This document shows positions 9,901 to 19,953 of a stretch of DNA of 64,000 nucleotides, piece by piece; positions within the stretch are counted from its first letter, which is position 1, and every line of letters starts with the position of its first letter. The stretch covers positions 1,214,459-1,278,458 of the forward strand of contig CM000435.1 in NCBI GenBank assembly GCA_000165345.1, in the 5' to 3' direction. Made by a program: the position numbers and the translations under genes. The notes below the pieces were generated by a model, which was given only the letters and a program-made list of their open reading frames with translations, ran no database searches and was not told the DNA's origin.

Positions 9901-9912
9901 TTTTTGGCGGCA
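9901..9912. promoter_or_regulatory. E2F-like half box TTTTTGGCGGCA
   Basis: Lies between the 7470-9464 and 9989-11635 minus-strand genes, in the upstream region of the membrane-protein gene. Confidence 0.4.
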
Positions 9913-9988
9913 TATGTGGGCAGAAAAGCATGTATATCTTGATTTTTTTTTAATATGGAAATAAGTGTAAAAATAATTAAAGAATACC

Positions 9989-11635
9989 TCAATTCCATGA
10001 TAAAGACTGATTTCCAGAATTGATGTAACTTGGAATACTTGAACAGGAAATGCTGAAAATAAAATTGTTAAACTCGTGGTTTAACTGATCAAACCTAATT
10101 TCAATACTTTTAATTTTATTGAAAGCATATTCTCTAGATTCGCTCATCAAATTTTTATTATCAATTACAGCTTCTCTAGATTTGATTCCATAGAGCTCAA
10201 CAGACTGCCTAAGCTTTTCCATTCTTTCAATAAACTGAGCATATCCAGAATTAGAAATGACAGGCTGCAAGACTGAAATTTGGTCATTGTCTGTTACAAC
10301 AAATTGATTTGCTACCTCTGATTTCTTGGCTTTTAAGCTTTGACTATGTAAAATTAAAGCACTTTCCATGTACTGAATCTCTTCTAAAAGGGACTTATAT
10401 GTAATCTCGTTTGCTGTTCCGTGTACAGTAAAGGATGCAGGTGAGGTCGCCATGAACATGTCCATAATACCAACAAGCTGGAGTTGTAATTCACTCATTT
10501 CTTGCTTAAGTAGTTGAATATCCTTATTTGTAGACTCTAAACTACTTGGCTGTGGATAAAATTCTGAATCACTATCTTCAACAAAACTCTCCTCTGTAGG
10601 TGTTTTATTTGAACCTGAATTAAAGTCCCCATTAAAATACTTTACTTTTCCATCCTGATCAATCAAAACTTTTCCTTCGAGTATTTTGTCCTTATTTTTT
10701 GTGAGAAACTCCTTTAGATAATCCTTTCTCTCCTTTAATCTATTGAGAAGGTATTTATAATCTGTAATACTACTCGAGTGTTTGACAAGTAAAGGACCAT
10801 CTAAATTGGCATCTTCGGATTCATTCAATCCTAAAATTTGGTTTTCAACTCTATCAGCATTTTTATTCTTATTAATACCTTCATCATCACCAATTAATAA
10901 TGATCTAATAGACCTGCAACCTTCTGGAAGTTCTAAATCTCTCAAAATGATGTTATTTAGCGCATAACATAAATTTTTGGAATCTTTAATTTTTTCAATT
11001 AAACTATTTGCTAAATACATATGGGAAAGAGGTTTCATATTCCACCTATCAGCATAAATAAAAAACATCATTACTGCAATATTGTTCCAATCTTCATCAA
11101 TATCATAAACGCTTTTATCTTCAACAGGTGAAAACGAAAAGATATTCCATACTTCCTTTTCTTCCTCTGCTTTATAAAACTTATCTTTATTTCTAAAAGT
11201 TGAAGGATTTACTACATCCAAGTAAACTGTTAAATTCTTCATAACTTCATATATTGAGCTAGTTTTAGTATTTAAAGTTACTAATATTATTCCGGTACCA
11301 GATGATTGAACTGCATTCAGGTCTATTTTTGCTCTTGGGAAATATCTTTCAATATCTGAGCTAACGCTAACACACCCGTCAAGTGCAGGATTGTCTGGAT
11401 TAGTTACACAGTCAATAAATTCTCCGATACTATCCATCATCCAAACATTACAACTTACATCTTCAGGAAGCTTCCAGTTATCGTAATCATCATTATTGGC
11501 TTCTTCAGGAAAAATTTGTGATCTTTCAAATCTAACAATGATAACTTCCCCTGCATATTTAGGTATTCCGAACCCTCCATGTGAACTATAATGCTTCAAT
11601 CTCCCTGTTTCATTTTCTGTGATAAGCTCTGTCAT
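9989..11635 (-). CDS. Hypothetical protein with C-terminal coiled-coil region
   Basis: 548-aa ORF with no internal stops and an E2F-like box upstream at 9903. The C-terminal third is heptad-like (LKQEMSELQLQLVG...). No family recognised by eye. Confidence 0.55.
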   Translation of the reverse strand: MTELITENETGRLKHYSSHGGFGIPKYAGEVIIVRFERSQIFPEEANNDDYDNWKLPEDVSCNVWMMDSIGEFIDCVTNPDNPALDGCVSVSSDIERYFPRAKIDLNAVQSSGTGIILVTLNTKTSSIYEVMKNLTVYLDVVNPSTFRNKDKFYKAEEEKEVWNIFSFSPVEDKSVYDIDEDWNNIAVMMFFIYADRWNMKPLSHMYLANSLIEKIKDSKNLCYALNNIILRDLELPEGCRSIRSLLIGDDEGINKNKNADRVENQILGLNESEDANLDGPLLVKHSSSITDYKYLLNRLKERKDYLKEFLTKNKDKILEGKVLIDQDGKVKYFNGDFNSGSNKTPTEESFVEDSDSEFYPQPSSLESTNKDIQLLKQEMSELQLQLVGIMDMFMATSPASFTVHGTANEITYKSLLEEIQYMESALILHSQSLKAKKSEVANQFVVTDNDQISVLQPVISNSGYAQFIERMEKLRQSVELYGIKSREAVIDNKNLMSESREYAFNKIKSIEIRFDQLNHEFNNFIFSISCSSIPSYINSGNQSLSWN

Positions 11636-12083
11636 TTTTTTTTAAAAGCTCTTTTATATTAATATTATTTAAAATATTTTCATTTAACTAGAGATCTTAA
11701 TTCGCTTAGTTCATATAGCATGGTACTTTACGTTACGTATCTACGTGTTATACCAATATTGTTCATAACTAACAGTTACCTGCAAAATAATCTTAATTAA
11801 AAGAAATTTAAATTGAAAATATTTAAGAAAAACAAATATTATATCTAAAATCACTTTTAAAAAGATAATAGTAAGTCGATATTCACTTTTATCGCAACCT
11901 AATACAAACATTAAACTCCACTTCAAAATGATAAGTTCTAAAAATGTAGGCTATATATATTAATGCTTTAAATTTCAAAAATCCTATGTAATATAGTTGA
12001 AAATCTGAATAGATTTGGATAAGATCTTTTATCAAAACTTGAATCAATTTTTCAAATGCTTATTTTTGAACTGACTACAATAG

Positions 12084-12126
12084 TGCATGCAAGGCAGCGC
12101 CAAATCACACGAACGCTGTTGGCGCC
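12084..12126. promoter_or_regulatory. TGCATGCA box plus paired E2F-like boxes (GCGCCAAAT ... TTGGCGCC)
   Basis: TGCATGCA at 12084-12091, GCGCCAAAT at 12097-12105 and TTGGCGCC at 12119-12126. Intergenic between the 11635 minus-strand gene and the small plus-strand ORF at 12319. Confidence 0.55.
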
Positions 12127-12318
12127 TATTTGAAACAAATTTGTGTGGTTTTTGATATAAATGTAAGATGAAAAAGAAAATGTATTTTTTTTCATTTTTT
12201 TTCGCAAGTTAAGGTAGGATTATCTTTTGTAATATTTTTAAATTACTTAGGTTGATAGAATGTTTCTCTTTTTTGTAACTTGACTAACTATTAGAGCATA
12301 AACTCTTTTAAAGTAGAA

Positions 12319-12543
12319 ATGTACAGAAATGAAATATTAAGTAATTTCTCCTCTAGATTGAGAATTATGTATCGCTACTACGAGAATAGATGGAATGAGC
12401 TTATATACAAACAAAATGATGATTTGGTAATGATTCTAAAAGAATATAACTTGAAAATAAAACGTGTAGCAAACAACCAAGGAAAAGGGATAGTTAAAAA
12501 AATAATGTTTTGTGAGCCTGATATAAAAAGGAATATAATTTAA
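12319..12543 (+). CDS. Possible small protein (74 aa), unassigned
   Basis: Clean ATG ORF about 190 nt downstream of a paired E2F box (12097-12126) in an otherwise empty 650-nt intergenic gap. No homology recognised. Confidence 0.25.
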   Translation: MYRNEILSNFSSRLRIMYRYYENRWNELIYKQNDDLVMILKEYNLKIKRVANNQGKGIVKKIMFCEPDIKRNII

Positions 12544-12689
12544 ATAAACTTGATTCTACAGAAAGAGCGTTTTCTATCATCAAGTACAATTTTCTAAAGT
12601 TGGGAAAAGCAATACATAATTTAAAATAACTTGGGTGTTGGAAATAAATAGTATTCAAGAATTGAATAAAAATAATCCAAAACCTTTAT

Positions 12690-12986
12690 TTAAGAATCTG
12701 AAATCTTTTGCCTCTTATATACTTGTTGGTCTTTCTCAAAGTTTTGAGTCAAATCTTCATATCCCTCTCCTACCATTCCAATACAATCGCCACGTAAAAC
12801 AAGAGACTCCATACTTACAGTTTCTACTTTGTTCAGATCTTTATTATATATCTTTTCAAAGCAATTTTGTAATACTATATTTGTTAGCTGATCGAACCCT
12901 ACCAAATTCCCAACATATACTTTGTTATCAACTGTCAATACGCTCACAGTCTTGTTGATAAACTGTTCTAATGTAGAACTATTCAT
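12690..12986 (-). CDS. LSM8: Sm-like protein LSm8 (U6 snRNA-associated)
   Basis: 98 aa. LEQFINKTVSVLTVDNKVYVGNLVGFDQLTNIVL...VETVSMESLVLRGDCIGMVGE matches human LSm8 LENYINRTVAVITSDGRMIVGTLKGFDQTINLIL...VEQVVLGLYIVRGDNVAVIGE. Confidence 0.8.
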   Translation of the reverse strand: MNSSTLEQFINKTVSVLTVDNKVYVGNLVGFDQLTNIVLQNCFEKIYNKDLNKVETVSMESLVLRGDCIGMVGEGYEDLTQNFEKDQQVYKRQKISDS

Positions 12987-13314
12987 CTGCTAATTCTAAA
13001 AGTTGGTAAAAAGTATGCAAATAATTAATAAGGACCAATATAAATATATATATTTATATAGATCAGTTTGCCAATGTATTTTGGAATCCTAATTTTTTTT
13101 AAACCTTGAAAGTAACTGGAATAATTGAAACAGTCAGTTCAAAAATAGAAAATCCTAAGGCATTGTCTAGCCACGTATTTAAGATGAATTCTTATTTAAT
13201 ATATTGTTAACAAATAAATTTCCTTGAAAAATAATTTTAAAATAATTTTTCTGGTCTCATTCTACCGACATCAATGGACCCTCATCTTGATACCGGTTTT
13301 TGACTATGAGTGCA

Positions 13315-13325
13315 TTTTGGCGGGC
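13315..13325. promoter_or_regulatory. E2F-like box TTTTGGCGGGC
   Basis: Intergenic between divergent LSm8 (minus, ATG 12986) and the 13613 plus-strand gene. Confidence 0.5.
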
Positions 13326-13612
13326 TTCGGGAATAATTTATTTATTAAGCTGATGAAAAAATTAGTATACAAATAATTTAGATTACTGTGAGTTTGAAAG
13401 AAAATTTTCGGTATTATTTGTTCTCACTGGAAAGAAGATACAATCTCTTGAAGGTATAAAGTAAAAGTCCCTTATATTCGTATTAATAATAAGTGGCTCA
13501 TAAAGCCATTAATAATAAATTTAAAAATACGAAATTTATGTGAGAATATAAGTAATAAACCTTTAAAGTGAGGGAGAAAGAGGTAGGAGTTTATCATATT
13601 GAGTACAAAACC

Positions 13613-15586
13613 ATGTATGTGGGCTCTCAGAAGAAGAATGGAGTTGTGGAATTAGAACTTGTGGGAGAAATTCCAAAAACTGAAAGGTTAGATACCGATG
13701 TAAACTCTCCCGTTTCATATGATGATTTATTCGAAATTATACCAAATTCTAGAGGAAGAAAACGCAGTAATGAGCTGAAGATTGATATACCTGAGGACTT
13801 AAACTCTCAGATGGCCGAACTTCTAAAATTTTGTGGTATTAATGAATTTGATGATGAGGAACCCTTAAATTCGGAAGAAAACAATAAGCAATCAAAATAC
13901 AATAAGGACTCTAAAAATGATAAATTACTTAAAGCTCACTCTATAGGTCCACCATTCTTAGTCAGATTAATGAGGTATAATTTACTGGAAAATAAGTTTC
14001 CTAACTTTTTTGATTTTGGGGTAAATTTAACTTTGCCTGCTTCTTTTCAAGTCTCTGAATATCGCCTTCTAAAGACAGTTCATCCCAGAGATAATCCATG
14101 GTACAAAGGTTGTAATAAACTTATTTTATTGGGGATCCCTTCATCTTTACGTCCAAATGACTTGAAGGAAATTATCCTATCTTTTGCTAATAAACCAGGG
14201 TGTAATTTAAAGATCAGAGAAACAGAAGTTGAAAATTCTAGCCCAGATTTGAAGTCTTCATCCCAGAAGTCCTTCTCAATTACAGAGTTGGGTATAAAGA
14301 ACTTCACAAATTTGTTTACAACAGAAAATAAAGGCCACTACTTAAATAATTTATATCAGCCTTCTGGAGCATTGGTAAAGAGTCATATGAATATGGCAAT
14401 ATTAGAATTCCAAGAAGAAGAAGATGCATTTGAATTTTGGGTGGCGTTAAGTACCGGACTATTTCAATGTTATGGAAGCGTTTTAACAGCAATTCCTGAC
14501 CCTTCTGGAAAGAGAATTCTTGCCGAGGGAATGTTAACGGTATTTTCCCCAAAAAACATTCCACTTATGGATTCTATTGAATCTTTTACAAAAAATATTC
14601 TTCAAAAGAATTATCAAAACTCAGATGAAGTAGAACTTGTTTTATCTTTTCCACTTATTGGTTCATCACGTTCTATTGATACTTTAAAAAATGAATTAAT
14701 TCAAATATTTAAAGATTTACCAGAATCTGACAGTTATGTAATTGAAGAAACTGTATACTGTCTAACTATACGTTCTAAGACTCAAAAAATCATGGAACTA
14801 ATTAACAATCGGCTTTTTCAACTTTGTACTTTCAAACTGACTTCAGAATCCGATCAGATGAATTTTATGGATGAGAATAATCAAATTATAAATACTGCAA
14901 TGTTTATTTTCAAAGACAAAATTTGTGAACCTGTAATAATTCAAGGGAATTATGATATTCATCCAATAAAGCACCGTACAATTGAGCTTTCAAGCTTTAA
15001 TAAAAAGCACGAAAAGAACTCTAAAGTCAGTTTTTCCTCAGTAAACCAGAATGATCAAGACACAGAGCCTGTTGGGTTTCTTTTCAAGAAATTTGAGGAA
15101 TTAAGAGAAGCTCTTCAGCATGGGCTAGCACCAATCTCTACAAACTCCGGAGACCAGAACATTAATTCTGACCAAAATGGTTCAAATAACGCTAAGAGAT
15201 TGCTTAGAACCCCTTCAGAAGTTTGTTCAATTGGTGACTCGAATTCTTCGCAAATAGCATCTAACACGATGAATGCTATCAACAAGAAACTTTCTGGAGT
15301 CCAAATAGATGGACCATTAAAGAATGAAGAAGAAAATTTCGTACAAGAATATCCAGATTCGCATTATAGACGCTCAAATAATAGAAAAAGAGCTCTCGAA
15401 AGTTTAGATGAGGATCCTGAACTTCCATTAGGTTCAAATTCTGACAATAGAAATGTGAACGGGTCAAATAAAGATGAAACACAAAGATCTGAAAACAATA
15501 AAGCTGAGAAATCTACAAGCAAGAGGAAAACCTCCGTTGAACTACCCAGGAAAAACATTAAAAGTAGCTCATCTAGGAGAGACTAA
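13613..15586 (+). CDS. Hypothetical protein (possible RRM-like segments), Ser/Asn-rich C-terminus
   Basis: The ORF track opens at GTG 13568 and the first ATG is 13613. The ~657-aa frame is uninterrupted. Segments such as ILLGIPSSLRPNDLKEIILSF and AILEFQEEEDAFEFW look RNP-like, but no firm family call is possible. Confidence 0.5.
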   Translation: MYVGSQKKNGVVELELVGEIPKTERLDTDVNSPVSYDDLFEIIPNSRGRKRSNELKIDIPEDLNSQMAELLKFCGINEFDDEEPLNSEENNKQSKYNKDSKNDKLLKAHSIGPPFLVRLMRYNLLENKFPNFFDFGVNLTLPASFQVSEYRLLKTVHPRDNPWYKGCNKLILLGIPSSLRPNDLKEIILSFANKPGCNLKIRETEVENSSPDLKSSSQKSFSITELGIKNFTNLFTTENKGHYLNNLYQPSGALVKSHMNMAILEFQEEEDAFEFWVALSTGLFQCYGSVLTAIPDPSGKRILAEGMLTVFSPKNIPLMDSIESFTKNILQKNYQNSDEVELVLSFPLIGSSRSIDTLKNELIQIFKDLPESDSYVIEETVYCLTIRSKTQKIMELINNRLFQLCTFKLTSESDQMNFMDENNQIINTAMFIFKDKICEPVIIQGNYDIHPIKHRTIELSSFNKKHEKNSKVSFSSVNQNDQDTEPVGFLFKKFEELREALQHGLAPISTNSGDQNINSDQNGSNNAKRLLRTPSEVCSIGDSNSSQIASNTMNAINKKLSGVQIDGPLKNEEENFVQEYPDSHYRRSNNRKRALESLDEDPELPLGSNSDNRNVNGSNKDETQRSENNKAEKSTSKRKTSVELPRKNIKSSSSRRD

Positions 15587-15633
15587 TATTTAGAATTTAA
15601 GCTCCAAACTTTATAAAATATATTATTTATGAA

Positions 15634-16809
15634 CTATTCATTTCTGTTAATTTTAATAGAGGAAATAGTTTTATATACCTGTTCTTCATTACTTATGACT
15701 CCTATTTCTTGAATTCCAGATAATTCATTAAGCTGAATTTCAGAGATATATCCAGGACCAAAGCTTTTTTTTGAGTATGCTTTCACAAGACTACTAGAAT
15801 TAAATGTTAATTTCTGTTTTTCACTTTTATTTCCGTATTTTGTATTGATAAAGGTTACATGTGGGTTATAATCCTGTACTATAGAATCTTTTAGATTTTG
15901 TGATTTGTTACTAATCTCTGAATTAGAATCAGATATTGTTAAATTAACCCCATATTTTATCAGTATCTCACAAAGTTTAATCCAAAGTCGTTTAATCATT
16001 GCAATTTTATGATTTTCAGATATTTTTGCATATACAACTCTAGAATTATAAGGAGATCCAAAGTACCCTAATCCATGTAACTCCACAGGAAATCCCTTTT
16101 CAGAAGATGATTCTTCCAAAATGTCTCGAAACTCTTGAGTTTCTTTTAATTCGAATAATGCATTCTCACACTGTAAAAGTTCTTGAGGTGTTTCTGCTCG
16201 AACTAACCCCAAAGTTATGTGCAATTTCTTCTCACCAATAAAAAATGTCGGTTTAATTTCTCCGTACTCTGCAGATTCATTCACCACTTTTTTTAAAGCT
16301 TTGAATTCCTTGAATAGATTCAAAGAGTGCTGATTAAATGATAAACTGAAAAAGTGTGTTGGAGTTTGATTTACTTTGATATTTTGATCTTTTTCCTCCA
16401 AATAATCCACAAATTCCAAATGATCAAAATTTGAGCCAAGCTTAGTAGCTTCTTCAGATTCTTCGCTTTCAGAATTTGAGAAATTACTATCTTCCTTAAT
16501 AACTTGCACTTCGCTTGTAGGCTTAAATGAAAGTCTTTTCAACAAACTTGCTGGAATCTGACTCAAGTCCACATACTCACTCACCATCCTCCCCCTTTCT
16601 TTATCCCCTGACCTCTGAAAGATGTTGTCTCGTATTTCAACAGCTTTTACTGGCGGGAATAAAATCATCTCATCTAACTTTTCGATTTCATTTGAATGAA
16701 AATGACTACCCTGGGGGGAATTATGATCATTATAAGATCCCTCTGCTCCCGTAACTCCGCTTTCTTCGTTCAGTTGTTTTTTAGATTCCTTAATTTTTTT
16801 TGAAGCCAT
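15634..16809 (-). CDS. 2H phosphoesterase family protein (AKAP7/ASCC1/LigT-like)
   Basis: 391 aa. Two HxT/S motifs are spaced about 115 aa apart: KKLHITLGLVRAE and NPHVTFINTKY. This is the signature of the 2H cyclic phosphodiesterase/RNA ligase-like fold. Confidence 0.55.
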   Translation of the reverse strand: MASKKIKESKKQLNEESGVTGAEGSYNDHNSPQGSHFHSNEIEKLDEMILFPPVKAVEIRDNIFQRSGDKERGRMVSEYVDLSQIPASLLKRLSFKPTSEVQVIKEDSNFSNSESEESEEATKLGSNFDHLEFVDYLEEKDQNIKVNQTPTHFFSLSFNQHSLNLFKEFKALKKVVNESAEYGEIKPTFFIGEKKLHITLGLVRAETPQELLQCENALFELKETQEFRDILEESSSEKGFPVELHGLGYFGSPYNSRVVYAKISENHKIAMIKRLWIKLCEILIKYGVNLTISDSNSEISNKSQNLKDSIVQDYNPHVTFINTKYGNKSEKQKLTFNSSSLVKAYSKKSFGPGYISEIQLNELSGIQEIGVISNEEQVYKTISSIKINRNE

Positions 16810-16881
16810 AAATCATTCTAATCGGTACCGTTAATTTCCTCAATTTACTTTTACTACTTTAAGCACTGCAAGCAAACAGAG

Positions 16882-16905
16882 AGCGCCAACTAATGGCGCC
16901 GTTTG
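16882..16905. promoter_or_regulatory. Paired E2F-like boxes AGCGCCAAC-N3-TGGCGCCGTTT in the divergent 2H-phosphoesterase / CtIP promoter
   Basis: Two GGCGCC-type cores about 70 nt from ATG 16809 (minus) and about 260 nt from ATG 17165 (plus). GCATGC also occurs at 17096-17101. Confidence 0.6.
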
Positions 16906-17164
16906 TCGATCTAATTTACAGCCAAAATTATTTAAAGGGGTGGGCTTAATAATATTCTGAATTTACTTAAGAATAGAAACGGGTATAATTTGACTTGGAA
17001 AATAGCAAGAGGTTGCAGATGTTTTATATTTTTTGTGTGAGCATTTTCATTCGGAAAATACACTCGTATTAAGTAAATAGTATTAATATATCGATCGCAT
17101 GCTGGTAGTTACCAGGAGCTAAACAGTAAAATAAAAATAAGATAATACTTGTTTTAATGAAACC

Positions 17165-17965
17165 ATGGATCAAATCATTGACGATGATGAGTACAATTCA
17201 ATTTTCCCACTTGAGAAAATTGCTTCTCATTTGAATATTTCCTTAAAATTCCTAGAAAATGCTCAAATTCAGTGGATGAATGAAAAAGAATCACTCCTTC
17301 GTGAAATTGAGAGACTAAGAATGGAAAATAGAACTCTAAGAATGGAAGTTAGAAGTAGTGAAAATATTGAAAGGAATTCTGTCTCAAATACTCCAAATAA
17401 CAACAGAATTAAAAGTTATTATTTAATAAACAATGACTCTGGTCAGATTATTCCTATCCCTCCAAATCCAGTAAATCAAGTAGTTGGAAGAAGCTGCAGT
17501 AGTTCAAACAATATTAAAAGAGTAAACGATGTTCTTGAGATTCAAAATATTACCGAAAGAAATTCGAATGCTATTCCAAATAGAAATTCGATTTCTGCAT
17601 CGAGAAGCATCCAAAATGATCAGATTTCTCCAGCTACAAGTTCACAAAACTGTCGAGTGAGACATATACAACTTGAAGACGAAAATAGCGACCATGAACC
17701 ATTAGAGGAAAAGAAAAAAGCTATTAAGTATAGAGAAGTTGGAAAAAGTATTGGCAAAAAAGAACAAAGAAAGAATCTTGAAGCATTCGAGTGTACCGAG
17801 TGTTCTAAGTTTTACAAAGCTATTAATAATAATAGAACATCAAATAGCCAATCAATGTGTAAGCATCTAAAGCAAAGCCTTCTTCTTCAGAATTCAGGAA
17901 GGCATAGGTTCAAACATCCTCCAACTAAATCTCCCCCAGGGTATTGGGATTTGGATGAAATTTGA
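17165..17965 (+). CDS. CtIP/Sae2/Ctp1-family DNA end-resection factor
   Basis: 266 aa with an N-terminal coiled coil (LLREIERLRMENRTLRMEV). The C-terminus FECTECSKFY...SGRHRFKHPPTKSPPGYWDLDEI matches the CtIP/Sae2 signature (CKECEIYY...[22 protein letters not shown]). Confidence 0.75.
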   Translation: MDQIIDDDEYNSIFPLEKIASHLNISLKFLENAQIQWMNEKESLLREIERLRMENRTLRMEVRSSENIERNSVSNTPNNNRIKSYYLINNDSGQIIPIPPNPVNQVVGRSCSSSNNIKRVNDVLEIQNITERNSNAIPNRNSISASRSIQNDQISPATSSQNCRVRHIQLEDENSDHEPLEEKKKAIKYREVGKSIGKKEQRKNLEAFECTECSKFYKAINNNRTSNSQSMCKHLKQSLLLQNSGRHRFKHPPTKSPPGYWDLDEI

Positions 17966-18056
17966 TATTAAGAAAGTATAATAAAATTTTGTTAACTTAT
18001 TATTTCTATTATCTTTTTTTTTTACTTATATTTCATTTTAAATTATCAATATGTAA

Positions 18057-19190
18057 TTATCCGGCATTAGTAAACGGTAAATCTTTTCCATTAGGTATTA
18101 AGTTAGAACCAGAATCGGGATCAGCTTGCAGTACAAAAACGGCCCAATCTCTTAAGATGTGGTTTATTTCTTTCAAGAAGGGTGACTTACATTGTAAAGG
18201 AGTACAATTTGTAGAATGCACCGCTACAACGAGAGAGCATGCTGGCTCTTTAAAAAATTGTGCCTTTTTCTCCACGTACTGGAGAAGTGGAGCAGTTGTA
18301 GCTTGATTATTACCTATAAGTTGCCCAAGATTTCCAGAAATAATTATTTCTTCTTCTGTTTCTTTACCAAATACATTACCATAGTTTCCCATATATACCC
18401 CCGATAAAGGACCAAATTCCAATTCTTTTTCTAAACCAGGCTCAAACATTTGGGTCGCTAATGTTCCTCCGAATGCCATTTCTTGGAGTCTTCTAAGCAT
18501 TATATTGTTGTTATTACCGATATCATCCCATTTCCTTTTACCCACTCCAATCTCAGATTCATCATCTTTTAATCCTTTGGAATCTCCACAAATTCCTTTA
18601 TCTTTGATACAATTCTTTGAACTGTTTTCAAATTCGTTAGTTAAAAACTCAACATTATTTTCCATATCAATTCCCATACCTCTCATTTGAACAGCTTGGA
18701 TGTCTGCTTGACTTTTCTTCACATAACGAGAAGAGGAAGTGAACAAATTGTTTGAAATAGTGTCTTGACCTCTTGAACTAGTGTCATTAAAGTTGATTGG
18801 AAACTCTTGATCATTCTTATTTTCAGAAATTTCGTTTAAAGTTTCAAAGATATCTTCAACTACTTCATCTGACACCACATCATTCTCATCAAATGTTCCA
18901 GAAATAATTTTGTATGTCTCATCTTCAGGAATTTCTTCTCCAAACTCATATTTTTCGAGTGCTTTAGGAGGAAAAATAACGTTGAAGCCCTTTGGACACC
19001 AAATTCTGCCTCTTGTATAATTAACAATATTACAAATCATAGTTACTCTTTGATAAAAAGCAAAGTTTGAGCCAATATATGAAGGTTGGGAATTATCTGG
19101 ACAAATTGCTATTGGTGGAATAACCTGAAATGCTTTGCATCCTTCAATTGAATTAACAAATCCTGCTGGACAAATTCCTCCATCCAATTC
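18057..19190 (-). CDS. COWP-like Cys-motif protein, exon 3 of 3
   Basis: Continues ELDGGICPAGFVNSIEGCKAF...ICPDNSQPSY...WCPKGFNVIFPP, then an acidic low-complexity region and a Cys-containing C-terminus. The ORF-track Met is really an internal TTG codon. Confidence 0.55.
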   Translation of the reverse strand, partial: ELDGGICPAGFVNSIEGCKAFQVIPPIAICPDNSQPSYIGSNFAFYQRVTMICNIVNYTRGRIWCPKGFNVIFPPKALEKYEFGEEIPEDETYKIISGTFDENDVVSDEVVEDIFETLNEISENKNDQEFPINFNDTSSRGQDTISNNLFTSSSRYVKKSQADIQAVQMRGMGIDMENNVEFLTNEFENSSKNCIKDKGICGDSKGLKDDESEIGVGKRKWDDIGNNNNIMLRRLQEMAFGGTLATQMFEPGLEKELEFGPLSGVYMGNYGNVFGKETEEEIIISGNLGQLIGNNQATTAPLLQYVEKKAQFFKEPACSLVVAVHSTNCTPLQCKSPFLKEINHILRDWAVFVLQADPDSGSNLIPNGKDLPFTNAG

Positions 19191-19247
19191 CTATAAAAAA
19201 AAAATTCAAATGAATTATCATCAATAATTTTATCTCCTTAAACTTAC

Positions 19248-19408
19248 AGAAAATGGAATAACACGATACCCTTCGCATGCCCATGATATAATATCTGGAG
19301 TAACTTCTCCTGTATTTGAATTAGTTTCTGATTCGTACTTAAGTCTAAGTTTCATTCCTGCTGGACATGCTAAAGAAGGTCCTACTTCTCTTTTTTCCTG
19401 GCAAATTC
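19248..19408 (-). CDS. COWP-like Cys-motif protein, exon 2 of 3
   Basis: Intron 1 is 19409-19493 (85 nt, GTAATT...AAAATAG) and intron 2 is 19191-19247 (57 nt, GTAAGT...TTTTATAG). Phases are consistent (1 then 0). The exon encodes ICQEKREVGPSLACPAGMKLRL...WACEGYRVIPFS. Confidence 0.5.
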
Positions 19409-19493
19409 CTATTTTTAATAAATAAAAAATATATTATATTTAATATAAGTAAATTTATTACTGTAAGCCAAAAAGAATATTTTGCAAAATTAC

Positions 19494-19953
19494 CTGGATA
19501 TAAAGATGACTGTTTAGGAATAGTGCCTGACGCTGAGCTAACAAATCTTCCCAGATCACCAAAACACTCTGTTCTTGGTCCCAAAGAAACCTCAGCCATA
19601 CAAAGTGGCCCCCAAGGAGTCCAGCCTTTTGGGCATCTGACCTGAACAGGTCTAATTAATTCAGGTACCCTATTATCTACTCCTTTTTCTTGCTTTCTAG
19701 TTAAAATGGGTTCAAATTCAGGTTTTTTTTCCGTCAATTTATGAAGCTCAAGAATCTCCGTAATATTTGCATCATATCTGGGAAACTTGTCTTTCCAAGG
19801 AAGGGGCTTGTAATCTGACTTTAATTTTTGAGGTCCATACATTTCAGCTGGGTTTGTAGATCCTGAAAAGTCATGCCTTTCTTGTGCCACATTTCTTTGC
19901 GATAATACATATCTAAAACATAAAACAAGCAGTAATAATATCAAAAAATTCAT
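19494..19953 (-). CDS. Secreted Cys-motif protein with CPxG(F/W/M) repeats (COWP-like), exon 1 of 3
   Basis: Signal peptide MNFLILLLLVLCFRYVLSQ. The exon ends CCAG|GTAATT in phase 1. It contains RCPKGWTPWGPLC. Confidence 0.55.

Noticed and set aside
12635-12958. 107-aa plus-strand ORF antisense to LSm8
   Set aside because: The opposite-strand LSm8 reading is strongly homology-supported. This ORF is an antisense artefact.
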